Positions 37,959-47,799 of a stretch of DNA of 64,000 bases are shown here, piece after piece. Position numbers and translations under genes: made by a program. This DNA is from Thiotrichaceae bacterium UBA4486 (GTDB taxonomy: Bacteria > Pseudomonadota > Gammaproteobacteria > Eutrophobiales > Eutrophobiaceae): NCBI GenBank assembly GCA_002389045.1, contig DGNS01000013.1, positions 155,523 through 219,522 on the forward strand, written 5' to 3'. Position 1 is the first letter of the stretch, and each line of letters opens with the position of its first letter. The notes below the pieces were generated by a model. It searched no databases, was not told the origin of the DNA, and worked only from the letters and a program-made list of their open reading frames with translations.

Positions 37959-40517
37959 TCAGGCTTCGCGAACGACCTTACAGGCGCATTTCTTGAAATC
38001 TGTTTCCTTGGAGATCGGACAGGTGGCATCCAGCGTCAGTTTGTTTACCAGGCGGCTGGCGTCAAACCAGGGAATGAAGACCAGGCCTTCCGGGGTGCGG
38101 TTCCTGCCGCGGGTTTCAACACGCAAACTGATCTCGCCCCGGCGTGTCTGTACCCTGGCGACCATGCCCCGGCGCAGGTTGCGTTTTCTGGCGTCGTTCG
38201 GATGCATGAACACTACGGCATCGGGAAAGGCGCGATAAAGTTCCGGCACACGCCGGGTCATGGACCCGGAATGCCAGTGCTCCAGCACCCGCCCGGTACA
38301 GAGCCACAGGTCATAGTCGTTATCCGGTTCCTCCGCGGCGGGTTCATAGGGCAGGGCGAAGATCCAGGCCTTGCCGTCGTCCTTGCCATAAAATTCGATC
38401 CCGGCGCCCTTTTTCACGAACGGATCGTAGCCTTCACGATAGCGCCACAGGGTTTCCTTGCCGTTCACTACCGGCCAGCGCAAGCCCCGGGTTTCATGGT
38501 AGTGATCGAATTCGCCCAGATCGTGGCCCTTCTTGGGGCCCTCCAGACCGAAGCGGCGGTATTCCTCGAACAGGCCTTTTTGTACATAAAAGCCGAAATG
38601 CTGCATTTCATCGTTGTCGTAGTGATGACCGCGGCTGTCAGTAACCATGGCTTGCGGGTATTGATCAACCTGGCCGTTTTTATACAGCACTTCGTAGAGC
38701 GTTTTCCCTCGATACTCCGGTTTTTTGTCCAGCAGTGCCTGTGGCCAGATTTCTTCCATTGTGAAGCGTTTGGAAAATTCCATTATCTGCCAGAGATCGG
38801 ATCTGGCTTCACCGGGCGCTTTGACCTGCTGGCGCCAGAACTGGGTGCGACGCTCGGCATTGCCATAGGCGCCTTCCTTCTCGGTCCACATGGCGGTCGG
38901 CAGGATCAAATCGGCGGCCATGGCGGTGACGGTGGGGTAGGGATCGGAGACGACGATGAAGTTGTCCGGATTGCGGTAACCGGGAAACGTCTCATTGTTC
39001 ATGTTCGGGGCGGCCTGCATGTTGTTGTTGCACATGACCCAGTACGCATTCAGCTTGCCGTCCTTTAACATGCGGTTTTGCAATACAGCGTGGTAGCCCA
39101 CCTTGCCGTTCAGCGTCCCCTGCGGCAGTTTCCAGACCTGCTCGGTGAATGCACGGTGTTTTTCGTTATTGACCACCAGATCGGCGGGCAGCCGATGGGC
39201 GAAGGTGCCGACCTCGCGTGCCGTACCGCAGGCCGACGGCTGACCAGTCAACGAGAAGGGACTGTTACCGGGCTCGGAGATCTTGCCGGTGAGCAAGTGC
39301 ACGTTGTAGACCATGTTATTGACCCAACTACCCCGGGTATGCTGATTGAAACCCATGGTCCAGTAGGAAGTGACTTTTCTGTCCGGGTCAGCGTAGAGTT
39401 CGGCCAGTTCCTGCAAATCCCTGGCCGGGACCCCGGAGAGTCTGGATACGTTTTCCAGGTCATAGTCAGCAACAAATTCTGCAAACTCTTCAAACGAGAT
39501 GGCTTGTGATCCTATGGTGTCGGCACGGCTCTTGTTGTTTTTCGCGCTGACCTCAAGCGGATGATCCGGGCGCAGCCCGTAGCCGATGTCCGCATTGCCG
39601 AGCCGGAAATTGACATGGTTCTTGATGAACTCCTCGTTGACGTTGCCGGACTGGATGATGTGGTTACAGATGTAGTTGAGGATGGCGAGATCCGTCTGTG
39701 GCCGGAAAACAATGCCGAGATCGGCCAGTTCGAAATTACGGTTTTCAAATACCGAGAGCACGGCGACCTTGACATCATGCCCGGTCAGTCGGCGATCAGT
39801 GAGGCGTGACCAGAGTATGGGATGCATCTCAGCCATGTTTGCGCCCCAGAGTACGAATGCATCGGCATGTTCCAGGTCGTCGTAACAGCCCATGGGTTCA
39901 TCGCTGCCGAAAGTGCGTATGAATCCGGCCACGGCCGAGGCCATGCAGTGGCGCGCGTTGGGATCGATATGATTGCTTCTGAAGCCGGCTTTCATCAGTT
40001 TTGAAGCCGCGTAGCCTTCCCACACGGTCCACTGCCCGGAACCGAACATGCCTACCGATGAGGTCAGTTCTTCCGGCGCCTTGCCCTGGTTGGCGGCCAG
40101 ATCCTTTTTTATGGCGGCTTTGAACTTTTCCGCCATCACATCAAAGGCTTCATCCCAGCTTACCGGGGTAAATTCACCGTTCTTGTCGTAGTTACCGTTT
40201 TTCTTGCGCAGCAACGGTTGTGTCAGGCGATCCTCACCGTACATGATCTTGGACAGGAAATAGCCCTTGATACAGTTCAGACCACGGTTCACCGGCGCAT
40301 CCGGATCGCCCTGGGTGGCAACAATGCGGCCGCCTTTTGTACCGACGAGTACGCTGCAGCCGGTACCGCAAAAACGGCAGGGCGCCTTGTCCCAGCGGAT
40401 TTTTTCATCCTCGTGTGCGGCCATGACCCGGCTGATGCCGGGTAGATTGATACCTGCCGCCGCCGCGGTGGCAAGAATGGCATTACTCTTGACAAAGTCT
40501 CGTCGGGTCAGCTTCAT
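37959..40517 (-). CDS. napA: Periplasmic nitrate reductase catalytic subunit NapA
   Basis: 852 aa with a Tat signal ([11 protein letters not shown]), an N-terminal 4Fe-4S motif (CRFCGTGC...C) and a molybdopterin oxidoreductase body. Confidence 0.97.
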   Translation of the reverse strand: MKLTRRDFVKSNAILATAAAAGINLPGISRVMAAHEDEKIRWDKAPCRFCGTGCSVLVGTKGGRIVATQGDPDAPVNRGLNCIKGYFLSKIMYGEDRLTQPLLRKKNGNYDKNGEFTPVSWDEAFDVMAEKFKAAIKKDLAANQGKAPEELTSSVGMFGSGQWTVWEGYAASKLMKAGFRSNHIDPNARHCMASAVAGFIRTFGSDEPMGCYDDLEHADAFVLWGANMAEMHPILWSRLTDRRLTGHDVKVAVLSVFENRNFELADLGIVFRPQTDLAILNYICNHIIQSGNVNEEFIKNHVNFRLGNADIGYGLRPDHPLEVSAKNNKSRADTIGSQAISFEEFAEFVADYDLENVSRLSGVPARDLQELAELYADPDRKVTSYWTMGFNQHTRGSWVNNMVYNVHLLTGKISEPGNSPFSLTGQPSACGTAREVGTFAHRLPADLVVNNEKHRAFTEQVWKLPQGTLNGKVGYHAVLQNRMLKDGKLNAYWVMCNNNMQAAPNMNNETFPGYRNPDNFIVVSDPYPTVTAMAADLILPTAMWTEKEGAYGNAERRTQFWRQQVKAPGEARSDLWQIMEFSKRFTMEEIWPQALLDKKPEYRGKTLYEVLYKNGQVDQYPQAMVTDSRGHHYDNDEMQHFGFYVQKGLFEEYRRFGLEGPKKGHDLGEFDHYHETRGLRWPVVNGKETLWRYREGYDPFVKKGAGIEFYGKDDGKAWIFALPYEPAAEEPDNDYDLWLCTGRVLEHWHSGSMTRRVPELYRAFPDAVVFMHPNDARKRNLRRGMVARVQTRRGEISLRVETRGRNRTPEGLVFIPWFDASRLVNKLTLDATCPISKETDFKKCACKVVREA

Positions 40518-40780
40518 GATGACATCTCCTCGTTCGCGTCATCCTCTTCATAATGCTGGTAAACAACCGCAGCGGAGAGAATGTGTTCGTGTGTCTGTAA
40601 CTCGTTTAACAGGTAACCGGTTTCTTCACGGGTTTGTTTTTCGACCGTGATCACCATGCGCCCGTCCGGCATAACCTTATGGACTTCAACACCGTCTTCA
40701 TTGTTGAGGTAATCGAGAACTGCCGCGCGATGTGCAGGCAGGCTGTGGATCAGCAGGCCACTGATATTGATGACGGACAT
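40514..40780 (-). CDS. napD: NapA chaperone NapD
   Basis: I chose the ATG at 40780 ([15 protein letters not shown]...), giving 88 aa, which is NapD-like in length and has an acidic C-terminus. An ATGA overlap joins it to napA. Confidence 0.85.
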   Translation of the reverse strand: MSVINISGLLIHSLPAHRAAVLDYLNNEDGVEVHKVMPDGRMVITVEKQTREETGYLLNELQTHEHILSAAVVYQHYEEDDANEEMSS

Positions 40781-41286
40781 GGTGTGTCTCCATTTGCGAT
40801 TGCAGGGGGCTGCCTGTGCATGGTAATTGACTGCACCGGGCATACGGCTACACATTCACCACAACCGGTGCAGGTCTCGGAGTTGATCTGTGGCCGGGCA
40901 ACACCACCGGGCTGTAATTTGAAACAGATTGCAGCACTGTTGCAGGCATCGCCGCAGACCCGGCAGGTTACGGCGTTCACTGCCAGGCAGGTGTCGCCGA
41001 TACCGGCTTTCAGATCCCAGGGGACGGTATCGGTATCGAACTCAACCAGCGCGCCATCCGGGCAGGCCGCCGCACAGGCGTTGCAGAACGTACATCCACC
41101 CTGGCTGAAATCGATTTCCGGGAAGCGACCTGAACCGCGGATGATAATGTGTTCCGGGCAGGCCTCGATGCAGGCTGCACAACGGCTGCAGGCTGCGGTG
41201 AATTCATCCCCGGGAAGAGCTCCGGGTGGCCGTATCGAAGCCCTGTGAGGGCCAAAATAGCCAGTCAGGAATTCGCGTCTGTTCAT
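40750..41286 (-). CDS. napF: Cytoplasmic ferredoxin-type protein NapF
   Basis: 178 aa with an N-terminal RREFL motif and three or four 4Fe-4S Cys clusters (CSRCAACIEACP, CTFCNACAAACP, CRVCGDAC, CTGCGECVAVCP). Confidence 0.85.
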   Translation of the reverse strand: MNRREFLTGYFGPHRASIRPPGALPGDEFTAACSRCAACIEACPEHIIIRGSGRFPEIDFSQGGCTFCNACAAACPDGALVEFDTDTVPWDLKAGIGDTCLAVNAVTCRVCGDACNSAAICFKLQPGGVARPQINSETCTGCGECVAVCPVQSITMHRQPPAIANGDTPCPSSISVAC

Positions 41287-41357
41287 GTGACCTCAGGGCT
41301 CGGACTCGGAATATTCAAAACTCATATGCAGCATGATCAAGATCCTCATCAGCTTCT

Positions 41358-41371
41358 TTGACATAGGTCAA
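41358..41371. promoter_or_regulatory. Perfect FNR/Dnr-type box upstream of napF
   Basis: TTGACATAGGTCAA is the exact reverse complement of the 27825 box. Its centre is about 78 nt upstream of the napF ATG. Confidence 0.65.
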
Positions 41372-41447
41372 ATGAACACCAGATTCCGGAAATTTAATTC
41401 ATTGAGTATCAATTAATAGGTGCACGATTATTTATAACTGCAGTTTA

Positions 41448-41461
41448 TTGATGTATGTCAA
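41448..41461. promoter_or_regulatory. Second FNR/Dnr-type box in the nap upstream region
   Basis: TTGATGTATGTCAA. Its centre is about 168 nt upstream of napF, and its centre-to-centre distance to the first box is 90 bp. Confidence 0.5.
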
Positions 41462-41938
41462 GGAGTCTTCACTCAGACTTTATGTATATTGTTATGATCT
41501 GCAGTTAATTCATGGCCGGTTTTATTAAACATTGCTGATATGTTGAATTTTACAGCAGCGGCCATCAGGAGTGGACATCCTGACCGGCTGACTGCACATA
41601 TTATCCTGAAGACCAGGACATCATATGAAAGCCAGACCATGCGCAACCATAGATGTGGATATCCAATACAGGACTGCAACAGGTTATTCATGCCGCCGGC
41701 GTTTCTGAAGCAATACCGGAATTTTGTAAATACTGATATTTTTATTTTATTGGTGTATTCAGCAAAGGGAAGTATAACGGTCAGTCGATAATGATAAATA
41801 TCAGGCTGTCTCGAAACCATGATCGGCCCTTAATGCTGTCAGAATCTGTTATTTTTATTACAGTCAATTCCATTGAAAGTCACCGACATGTCATCAAGTC
41901 GGACGGGGAGATAATAATACGGGATCGTCCGTGAAGTT

Positions 41939-42940
41939 ATGATGGAAATGTTTAATGAAGATAATATGGATTTTGTTAAACCTGCATTGAAGACTGATGT
42001 ATCCACCCTTGCGGATTATGTACATACATTCGGCCAGGATGCCAAAGTCCGATATGGTGAGCGCGTGCACAAGATTGCAATTGATGCCGCATTTACCTGT
42101 CCCAATCGCGACGGTAGTAAAGGCCGGGGCGGTTGCAGTTTTTGCAATAATGCATCTTTCAGTCCAAACGGTTTGAAACCATCACCTGTGGCTGAACAGA
42201 TAGAATCCGGCCGTCGCGTGATACGAAAACGTACCGGGGCAAACCGTTATATCGCTTATTTCCAGGCCTATACCAACACATATGCCGATATTGAATACCT
42301 GCATTCCCTTTATGATGAAGCTTTATCGTATCCGGATATTGCCGGATTATCAGTGGGCACACGTCCTGACTGTGTGCCTGATGAGGTAATGAAACTGCTT
42401 GCCGGTTATCAGGAACAGGGTTTTGAAGTCTGGCTTGAGCTGGGACTGCAATCCAGTTTTGATGATACGTTGCTTGAAGTCAATCGTGGACATGACTACG
42501 CGGATTATTGCCGGGCGGTATCATCGGCACACCACTATGGATTACAGGTTTGCACCCATCTTATGGCCGGATTGCCCGGTGAAGGCAGGGCACATGTCAT
42601 TACTACACTGCAACGCGTGCTTGACCAGGGTGTTGCCGGACTGAAAATTCATCCATTGCATGTTGTCAGGGGAACAAGACTGGCGAATGACTGGCGCAGG
42701 GGAAACTATCATCCGCTATTACTGGATGATTATGTCGAAACCGTTTGTGACATGATTGCAATGACGCCGGAGAATATTTCCTATCATCGCCTTACCGGTA
42801 CGGCATCGGGACATCTGTTGCTGGCGCCGGACTGGTGTACGAAGAAATGGCAGGTATTGAACACTATCAAGAACAGGATCATAGAGCGCGGGATGCGTCA
42901 GGGATCGGCGTTGCAGGCGGCGAAATCCGCCCAGGCATGA
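41939..42940 (+). CDS. Radical SAM protein, TIGR01212 (YhcC-like) family
   Basis: 333 aa with the family-typical CPNRDGSKGRGGCSFCN cluster motif near the N-terminus. Confidence 0.85.
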   Translation: MMEMFNEDNMDFVKPALKTDVSTLADYVHTFGQDAKVRYGERVHKIAIDAAFTCPNRDGSKGRGGCSFCNNASFSPNGLKPSPVAEQIESGRRVIRKRTGANRYIAYFQAYTNTYADIEYLHSLYDEALSYPDIAGLSVGTRPDCVPDEVMKLLAGYQEQGFEVWLELGLQSSFDDTLLEVNRGHDYADYCRAVSSAHHYGLQVCTHLMAGLPGEGRAHVITTLQRVLDQGVAGLKIHPLHVVRGTRLANDWRRGNYHPLLLDDYVETVCDMIAMTPENISYHRLTGTASGHLLLAPDWCTKKWQVLNTIKNRIIERGMRQGSALQAAKSAQA

Positions 42941-43047
42941 ACTGGAAGACCGGCAGGGGCCTGTTACCGTTTCGGGTATGCAGATCCTTATATTTGCCTG
43001 TTATCGTACTGTTTGAATAAGCAGGTCTGGTTTGACTGTACATACTA

Positions 43048-43605
43048 ATGACTGCATCAACGTTACATAAGTTTTACGCCGGGCCGGGACTCGCATGTGT
43101 TTCAACGTGTTTTGTATACAGGTGTTTGCTGTTATGGCTGTTCTCTTCTTTACTGCCTGTTTCGGGTGGGGAATACGGGGCATTCAGTGAAAATCCGGAT
43201 TTGCCGGATTACAGCCAGGGTTTCGACCCGGCGCGTGACCCGTTCGTGGATGGTGATAACGCGCTGCGTCTTGCCCGGGAAAGCGGTCGCCGGGTCCTGA
43301 TTGAAGCCGGCGGTGAGTGGTGTATGTATTGCAAACGTCTTGACCATTATATTCACGGCAATCCGATGGTCAGAGAGGCCTTGTACAAAAATTTTGTGGT
43401 CCTGAAAGTGAATATCAGCGACAAAAACGATAATCGTGAATTCATGGCGGGATTGCCGAAGATCCATGCTTATCCGCATTTCTTCATTACCGAAAGCGAC
43501 GGAACCCTGATTCATTCACAGGATACTTCCCGGTTCCTGCACCGGGGTGTGTATTCGGAATCGCTGATTCTGGAATTCATCGACAAATGGGGATCGGACA
43601 ATTGA
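43048..43605 (+). CDS. Thioredoxin-fold protein with CxxC motif, N-terminal signal/anchor
   Basis: 185 aa with a hydrophobic N-terminus and a WCMYC redox motif in a thioredoxin-like context (VLIEAGGEWCMYCKRLD). Confidence 0.7.
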   Translation: MTASTLHKFYAGPGLACVSTCFVYRCLLLWLFSSLLPVSGGEYGAFSENPDLPDYSQGFDPARDPFVDGDNALRLARESGRRVLIEAGGEWCMYCKRLDHYIHGNPMVREALYKNFVVLKVNISDKNDNREFMAGLPKIHAYPHFFITESDGTLIHSQDTSRFLHRGVYSESLILEFIDKWGSDN

Positions 43606-43627
43606 TTCTATCGGGCACGTTGCAATT

Positions 43628-44281
43628 ATGACCATACGCAGAGAGTCCCGGTCAGACGGATCCGACGCAGGTATCCCCGACTCATTGACCTCGTTTTTTG
43701 ATGAATGGTGCAGTGGCAGAATTGATCGGCGCAGATTTCTTCTGCACTTCGCTGCATTGACATCGGCGGCGGCACTGCCCTCCATGGTCCGGGCGGAACC
43801 CGGTGCCATTGCTATGGACGGGAATATGGACTCTGCCTTATTTACGGAAGAACCCTGGCATACCCTGTCCGCGGTGCAGGAACATCTTTTCCCCACCACC
43901 ACCGATGCTCCCGGCGCCAGGGAAATCCACGCCACGGCCTATCTCAAGGCTGCGCTGGAGTTGCCGGACATGGACCCGGATTACCGGGAATTCATCCATA
44001 ACGGCGTTACCTGGCTGAACGATATTGCCCTGAAACACCATCAGGCCGGGTTCGCCGGACTGGATGAAGATCAGCGCGAAGCTGTACTGCGCCGGATTGA
44101 ACAAACCGGGACCGGCCGGCGCTGGCTCAGCCTGCTGCTGCTCTATCTTTTCGAGGCGTTGCTGGGCGATCCGGTTTATGGCGGCAACCCCGACGGGGCG
44201 GGCTGGCGGTGGCTGGACCATCAGCCCGGGTTTCCACTGCCACCGGCACGCTATAGCTACGCGGAGTTGAAAAAGCTGTGA
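43628..44281 (+). CDS. Gluconate 2-dehydrogenase subunit 3 family protein (Tat-exported small subunit)
   Basis: 217 aa with a twin-arginine motif (RIDRRRFLLH) and a family-like C-terminal region (LGDPVYGGNPDGAGWRWLDHQPGFP). Overlaps the downstream GMC gene by 4 nt. Confidence 0.75.
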   Translation: MTIRRESRSDGSDAGIPDSLTSFFDEWCSGRIDRRRFLLHFAALTSAAALPSMVRAEPGAIAMDGNMDSALFTEEPWHTLSAVQEHLFPTTTDAPGAREIHATAYLKAALELPDMDPDYREFIHNGVTWLNDIALKHHQAGFAGLDEDQREAVLRRIEQTGTGRRWLSLLLLYLFEALLGDPVYGGNPDGAGWRWLDHQPGFPLPPARYSYAELKKL

Positions 44282-45987
44282 CTGACGACTTCGATGTCTG
44301 CGTGATCGGCAGTGGCGCCGGCGGTGGCCCGGTAGCGCTGACGCTGGCTGAAGCAGGGTATTCGGTGGTAGTGCTGGAGAAGGGGCCCTGGTTCAGGGAG
44401 AAACATTTTTACAAGGATGAACTGGCCTGTTGCCGGCGCAGTATCTACACCCCCAGGTTATGGGAGGAACAACATGTGATCGAGGACAGGAACAGGGACG
44501 GCCCCTGGGTTGCACAACCGACCTATGAAACAGGTCGTGATTTCTGGAACGGCAATTGCGTCGGCGGGGCGACCAATTTCATGAGCGGTTTTTTCCATCG
44601 CCTGAAGCCGGATGATTTTCGGCTGCTATCGGCCTTTGGCCCCATTGCCGGCGCAAATATCACTGACTGGCCGATAAGTTATGATGACCTGGAACCTTAT
44701 TATACAAAGGTTGAAACAGAAGTGGGTGTTTCCGGCCGGGTGGTAAAACACCCCCATGCCGAGCCGCGATCCACGGATGATTTTCCTTATCCTCCGACCC
44801 GTGAGCATCCCATCGCCGGCTGGTTCGATCAGGCCTGTACGGAACTGGGTGTGCACCCGGTCCCGGTGCCGCGCGCCATTTTGCCTTATGGTGCAATGGG
44901 TCGCCATGGATGTTCCTATTCCGGTTACTGTGGCAGTTACGGGTGTTCCACCGGCGCCAAGGGCAGCTCCCGGGCGGCGCTGCTGGATCGGGCAGTTGCC
45001 ACCGGTCATTGCCAGGTGTGGCCGCATGCCAGGGTTTTCAAACTCACAAGTGACAACAGTGGCAGGGTCACAGCGGTGGAATATTTCGATCGCGAGGGAG
45101 CCAGGAAACGGCTGGATGCGCGGATCTATGTTGTTGCCTGCCAGGCCATCGAAACCGCGCGGCTGTTGTTAACCTCCACGGGTCCGAAGCATCCCCGGGG
45201 TCTCGCCAATGATAATGCCCAGGTGGGCAAAAACCTGATCTTTTCCGCCGGCGGTTCCGGTAGCGGCGATTTCTATTTCGATAAATTACCATCCAGCAAG
45301 GCTTTTGATCTGGCAATCAGGGGGCCGTTCGTCAACCGTGCCCTGCAGGACTGGTATGTTTACGATGATCCGGAACAGGACCGGCGCCTCAAGGGCGGCA
45401 CTATTGATTTCCTGTTCAAACATCCCAATGCCATCGCCCGGGCCAATGCGCAAAAGCGTGACGGCAACGGACAGTTGCTGTGGGGACGGCCACTGAAACA
45501 GAAACTCAAATCCTTCTTTACAGAGGCGCGGTACCTGCAGTTTGAGGTTTTCTGTGACTGGAACCCGGTCGATGATTGTTTTGTATCGCTCGATCCCGAA
45601 GTCAGGGACAAGTGGGGGATCCCGGTGGCGAGGGTGCGTGTCGGTTATCATCGTCATGATCTGAAAGTTGGCCGTTACCTTGCCGATCGTGCAGAGCAGG
45701 TGTTACGGCAGATGGGCGCAGACAATGTCCGTTCCGGTATCAGCGCTTCCCCGCCGCCGAACCTGGTGGCCGGAGGCTGCCGGTTCGGCAGTGATCCTGA
45801 AACATCGGTTCTGGATGCCAATTGCCGTGCCCACACGGTAGAAAATCTCTATGTTACCGACGGCAGTTTCATGCCCACGGGCGGCAGCGTGCCTTATACC
45901 TGGACTATCTACGCCAATGCTTTTCGTGTTGCTGATCACATCCGCAGTGAACTTGGTGCTGCCGTGGCATCATCGGGAGTTCATTAA
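44278..45987 (+). CDS. GMC-family FAD-dependent oxidoreductase (large dehydrogenase subunit)
   Basis: 569 aa with an N-terminal FAD fold (DVCVIGSGAGGGPVA...E.G) and a GMC C-terminal domain (…LYVTDGSFMPT…). Confidence 0.88.
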   Translation: MTDDFDVCVIGSGAGGGPVALTLAEAGYSVVVLEKGPWFREKHFYKDELACCRRSIYTPRLWEEQHVIEDRNRDGPWVAQPTYETGRDFWNGNCVGGATNFMSGFFHRLKPDDFRLLSAFGPIAGANITDWPISYDDLEPYYTKVETEVGVSGRVVKHPHAEPRSTDDFPYPPTREHPIAGWFDQACTELGVHPVPVPRAILPYGAMGRHGCSYSGYCGSYGCSTGAKGSSRAALLDRAVATGHCQVWPHARVFKLTSDNSGRVTAVEYFDREGARKRLDARIYVVACQAIETARLLLTSTGPKHPRGLANDNAQVGKNLIFSAGGSGSGDFYFDKLPSSKAFDLAIRGPFVNRALQDWYVYDDPEQDRRLKGGTIDFLFKHPNAIARANAQKRDGNGQLLWGRPLKQKLKSFFTEARYLQFEVFCDWNPVDDCFVSLDPEVRDKWGIPVARVRVGYHRHDLKVGRYLADRAEQVLRQMGADNVRSGISASPPPNLVAGGCRFGSDPETSVLDANCRAHTVENLYVTDGSFMPTGGSVPYTWTIYANAFRVADHIRSELGAAVASSGVH

Positions 45988-46007
45988 CATTAAAGAGGTA
46001 TGGAAAA

Positions 46008-46445
46008 ATGCATGGTATTTCTGAATTTATGGCGGCCGATCATGATCGGCTGGACTCGATTTTAGCGAATTTTATTGACACCCTGAAAGCGGACATGAAC
46101 TCGGCCGGGGCAATGTTTAACGAATTCAACGAGGGATTGCGCAGGCATATTGAATGGGAAGAGGAAATCCTGTTTCCCGTATTCGAGGAGAAAACCGGAA
46201 TGCGTGATATGGGGCCTGTCAGCATCATGCGCATGGAACACGATCATATCAGGAACTGTTTACAACAGATCTCACTGCTTCTTCCCGGAGATGACTTCGA
46301 GGAAATTGAAAAGCACCATGGCACCTTGTTCGAAATATTATCAGCACACAACAGCAAGGAAGAAAATGTGCTTTATCCCTGGATTGACAGGGAAACAAGC
46401 CGCGAGGAAGCTGAAGAACTGATTAGGAGAATGAAAAATTCCTGA
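46008..46445 (+). CDS. Hemerythrin HHE cation-binding domain protein
   Basis: 145-aa four-helix pattern with DH..LD, H...EEE.LFP, ME.H..I and H...EE..L.P ligand motifs. Confidence 0.8.
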   Translation: MHGISEFMAADHDRLDSILANFIDTLKADMNSAGAMFNEFNEGLRRHIEWEEEILFPVFEEKTGMRDMGPVSIMRMEHDHIRNCLQQISLLLPGDDFEEIEKHHGTLFEILSAHNSKEENVLYPWIDRETSREEAEELIRRMKNS

Positions 46446-46548
46446 TCGGGAACCGCCCGCCGTGAACCTTGACGGCGGTGGTGAGATTCGATCATCACTC
46501 CGTGTATCGCGTGCCCGGTCGTATGTTCCCGTCTCCGGCGTCAGGTCA

Positions 46549-47799
46549 TCAAGCGGCAGGCTCTGAAATCCTGTTACTGTTCCCGAAACACAGCTGCGCC
46601 GTGGTCAGCAGGTAAGCGATACTCCAGCCCAGCGCCGAAACCCACAGCAGCAGGACCTGCTCACCGTAGCCCAGTGCGGCTGCAAAGCGGGTCAGGGTGG
46701 CGAGGGTCATCATGATCAATGCCGGCGCCAGGAAACGGGAGGCGGACGGGTCCCGCTTCAGGCGCTGAAAATGTATTCGCGTCATTACGCAAATGGACAG
46801 TGTGCCGATGGCGCCTACCGTGATCAGGTGAATGGCCGGTACCGGCGATGTGCCGAAAAACAGAAGTCCACCGAGAAGTAACTGACCAAGCGCAAGCCAG
46901 CCGTAGCCGATGCCAAGACCAACGAGATCAGTACGATGCAAAAGGCCCCATAGTCGCCAGCGGTAAAGGCGTATGGCTGCAATCAATCCGGCGGCGATGA
47001 CTGCCGGCCCGGTTATGTATGTGCCCATGGGCACAAATACAGCCAGTACTGCCAGCATGTGTAACAGGATAAGCGCCGCTTCCAGTCGCGGTTGTACCCG
47101 CGCTTCAAGATTCATGCCCAGCCTGTAATAAGCACCGGCCGCTGCCGGCGCAATGACTCTTCCACCCATAAAGGACATCAGCAACGAAAGCAGGATAATC
47201 ATGGCCAGCAATAAACTGTAGCCAAGGGATACATGGCGACCATGAGCCGCCACTGTGTAGACGACAGGGACCGCGCACAGGGCGATCAGCAGGGGCTGGA
47301 TCATGCGGTTACGCCATTTTTTTGCGCTGCTGAACCTGGGCACCACGATTACTGCAAGCAGCAGTGCGAACAGTGGGGTGAGAATACCCGCTGCCAGACT
47401 GCCGGGTGCGAACAGGTAACTCAGCCGTGCAGCCAGCCATATGGCGCACAGTAACAGCAGGCGGGGCCTGTTGGTCGGGCCGAGCAGGTAACCTGCCACC
47501 AGGGCCAGGGCAAAACCGAACAACATCTCCCGTGCATGACCTGTACCGGCAAGGGCCGTCAAGCGGCCACCGGTCATGGCATATACGGATAACGGAACGA
47601 CAATCGCGGCATACAGTGACGCCGCCGGAAAAAACACCGTGTATGACTGGACTTTCGATCGCCGGTTTATTTGCCCGGCGGTTTTGTTGTTAGTTACGGG
47701 AGTGTTCATACAATGTGCACAGACAGTCTTGATGAATGAACCCATACTGCCTGAGCCGGTGCCATGGAAGCAATAAACTGAATTTTTATGATCTCGCAA
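46549..47799 (-). CDS. nnrS: NnrS family heme-copper membrane protein
   Basis: Polytopic protein of about 12 TM helices with the GHAREMLFGFALALVAGYLLG motif. The true start is probably an internal ATG (M19 or M32 of the 416-aa ORF). Confidence 0.82.
   Translation of the reverse strand: MRDHKNSVYCFHGTGSGSMGSFIKTVCAHCMNTPVTNNKTAGQINRRSKVQSYTVFFPAASLYAAIVVPLSVYAMTGGRLTALAGTGHAREMLFGFALALVAGYLLGPTNRPRLLLLCAIWLAARLSYLFAPGSLAAGILTPLFALLLAVIVVPRFSSAKKWRNRMIQPLLIALCAVPVVYTVAAHGRHVSLGYSLLLAMIILLSLLMSFMGGRVIAPAAAGAYYRLGMNLEARVQPRLEAALILLHMLAVLAVFVPMGTYITGPAVIAAGLIAAIRLYRWRLWGLLHRTDLVGLGIGYGWLALGQLLLGGLLFFGTSPVPAIHLITVGAIGTLSICVMTRIHFQRLKRDPSASRFLAPALIMMTLATLTRFAAALGYGEQVLLLWVSALGWSIAYLLTTAQLCFGNSNRISEPAA

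Noticed and set aside
37950-39068. 372-aa plus-strand ORF antisense to napA
   Set aside because: It is embedded in the unambiguous napA reading frame. The sequence has the biased composition typical of an antisense frame and contains no domain signature.
41473-41820. 115-aa (minus) and 83-aa (plus) ORFs in the AT-rich nap upstream region
   Set aside because: Both are low-complexity ORFs with no RBS that mutually overlap in AT-rich intergenic DNA. They are more likely chance ORFs in a promoter region.
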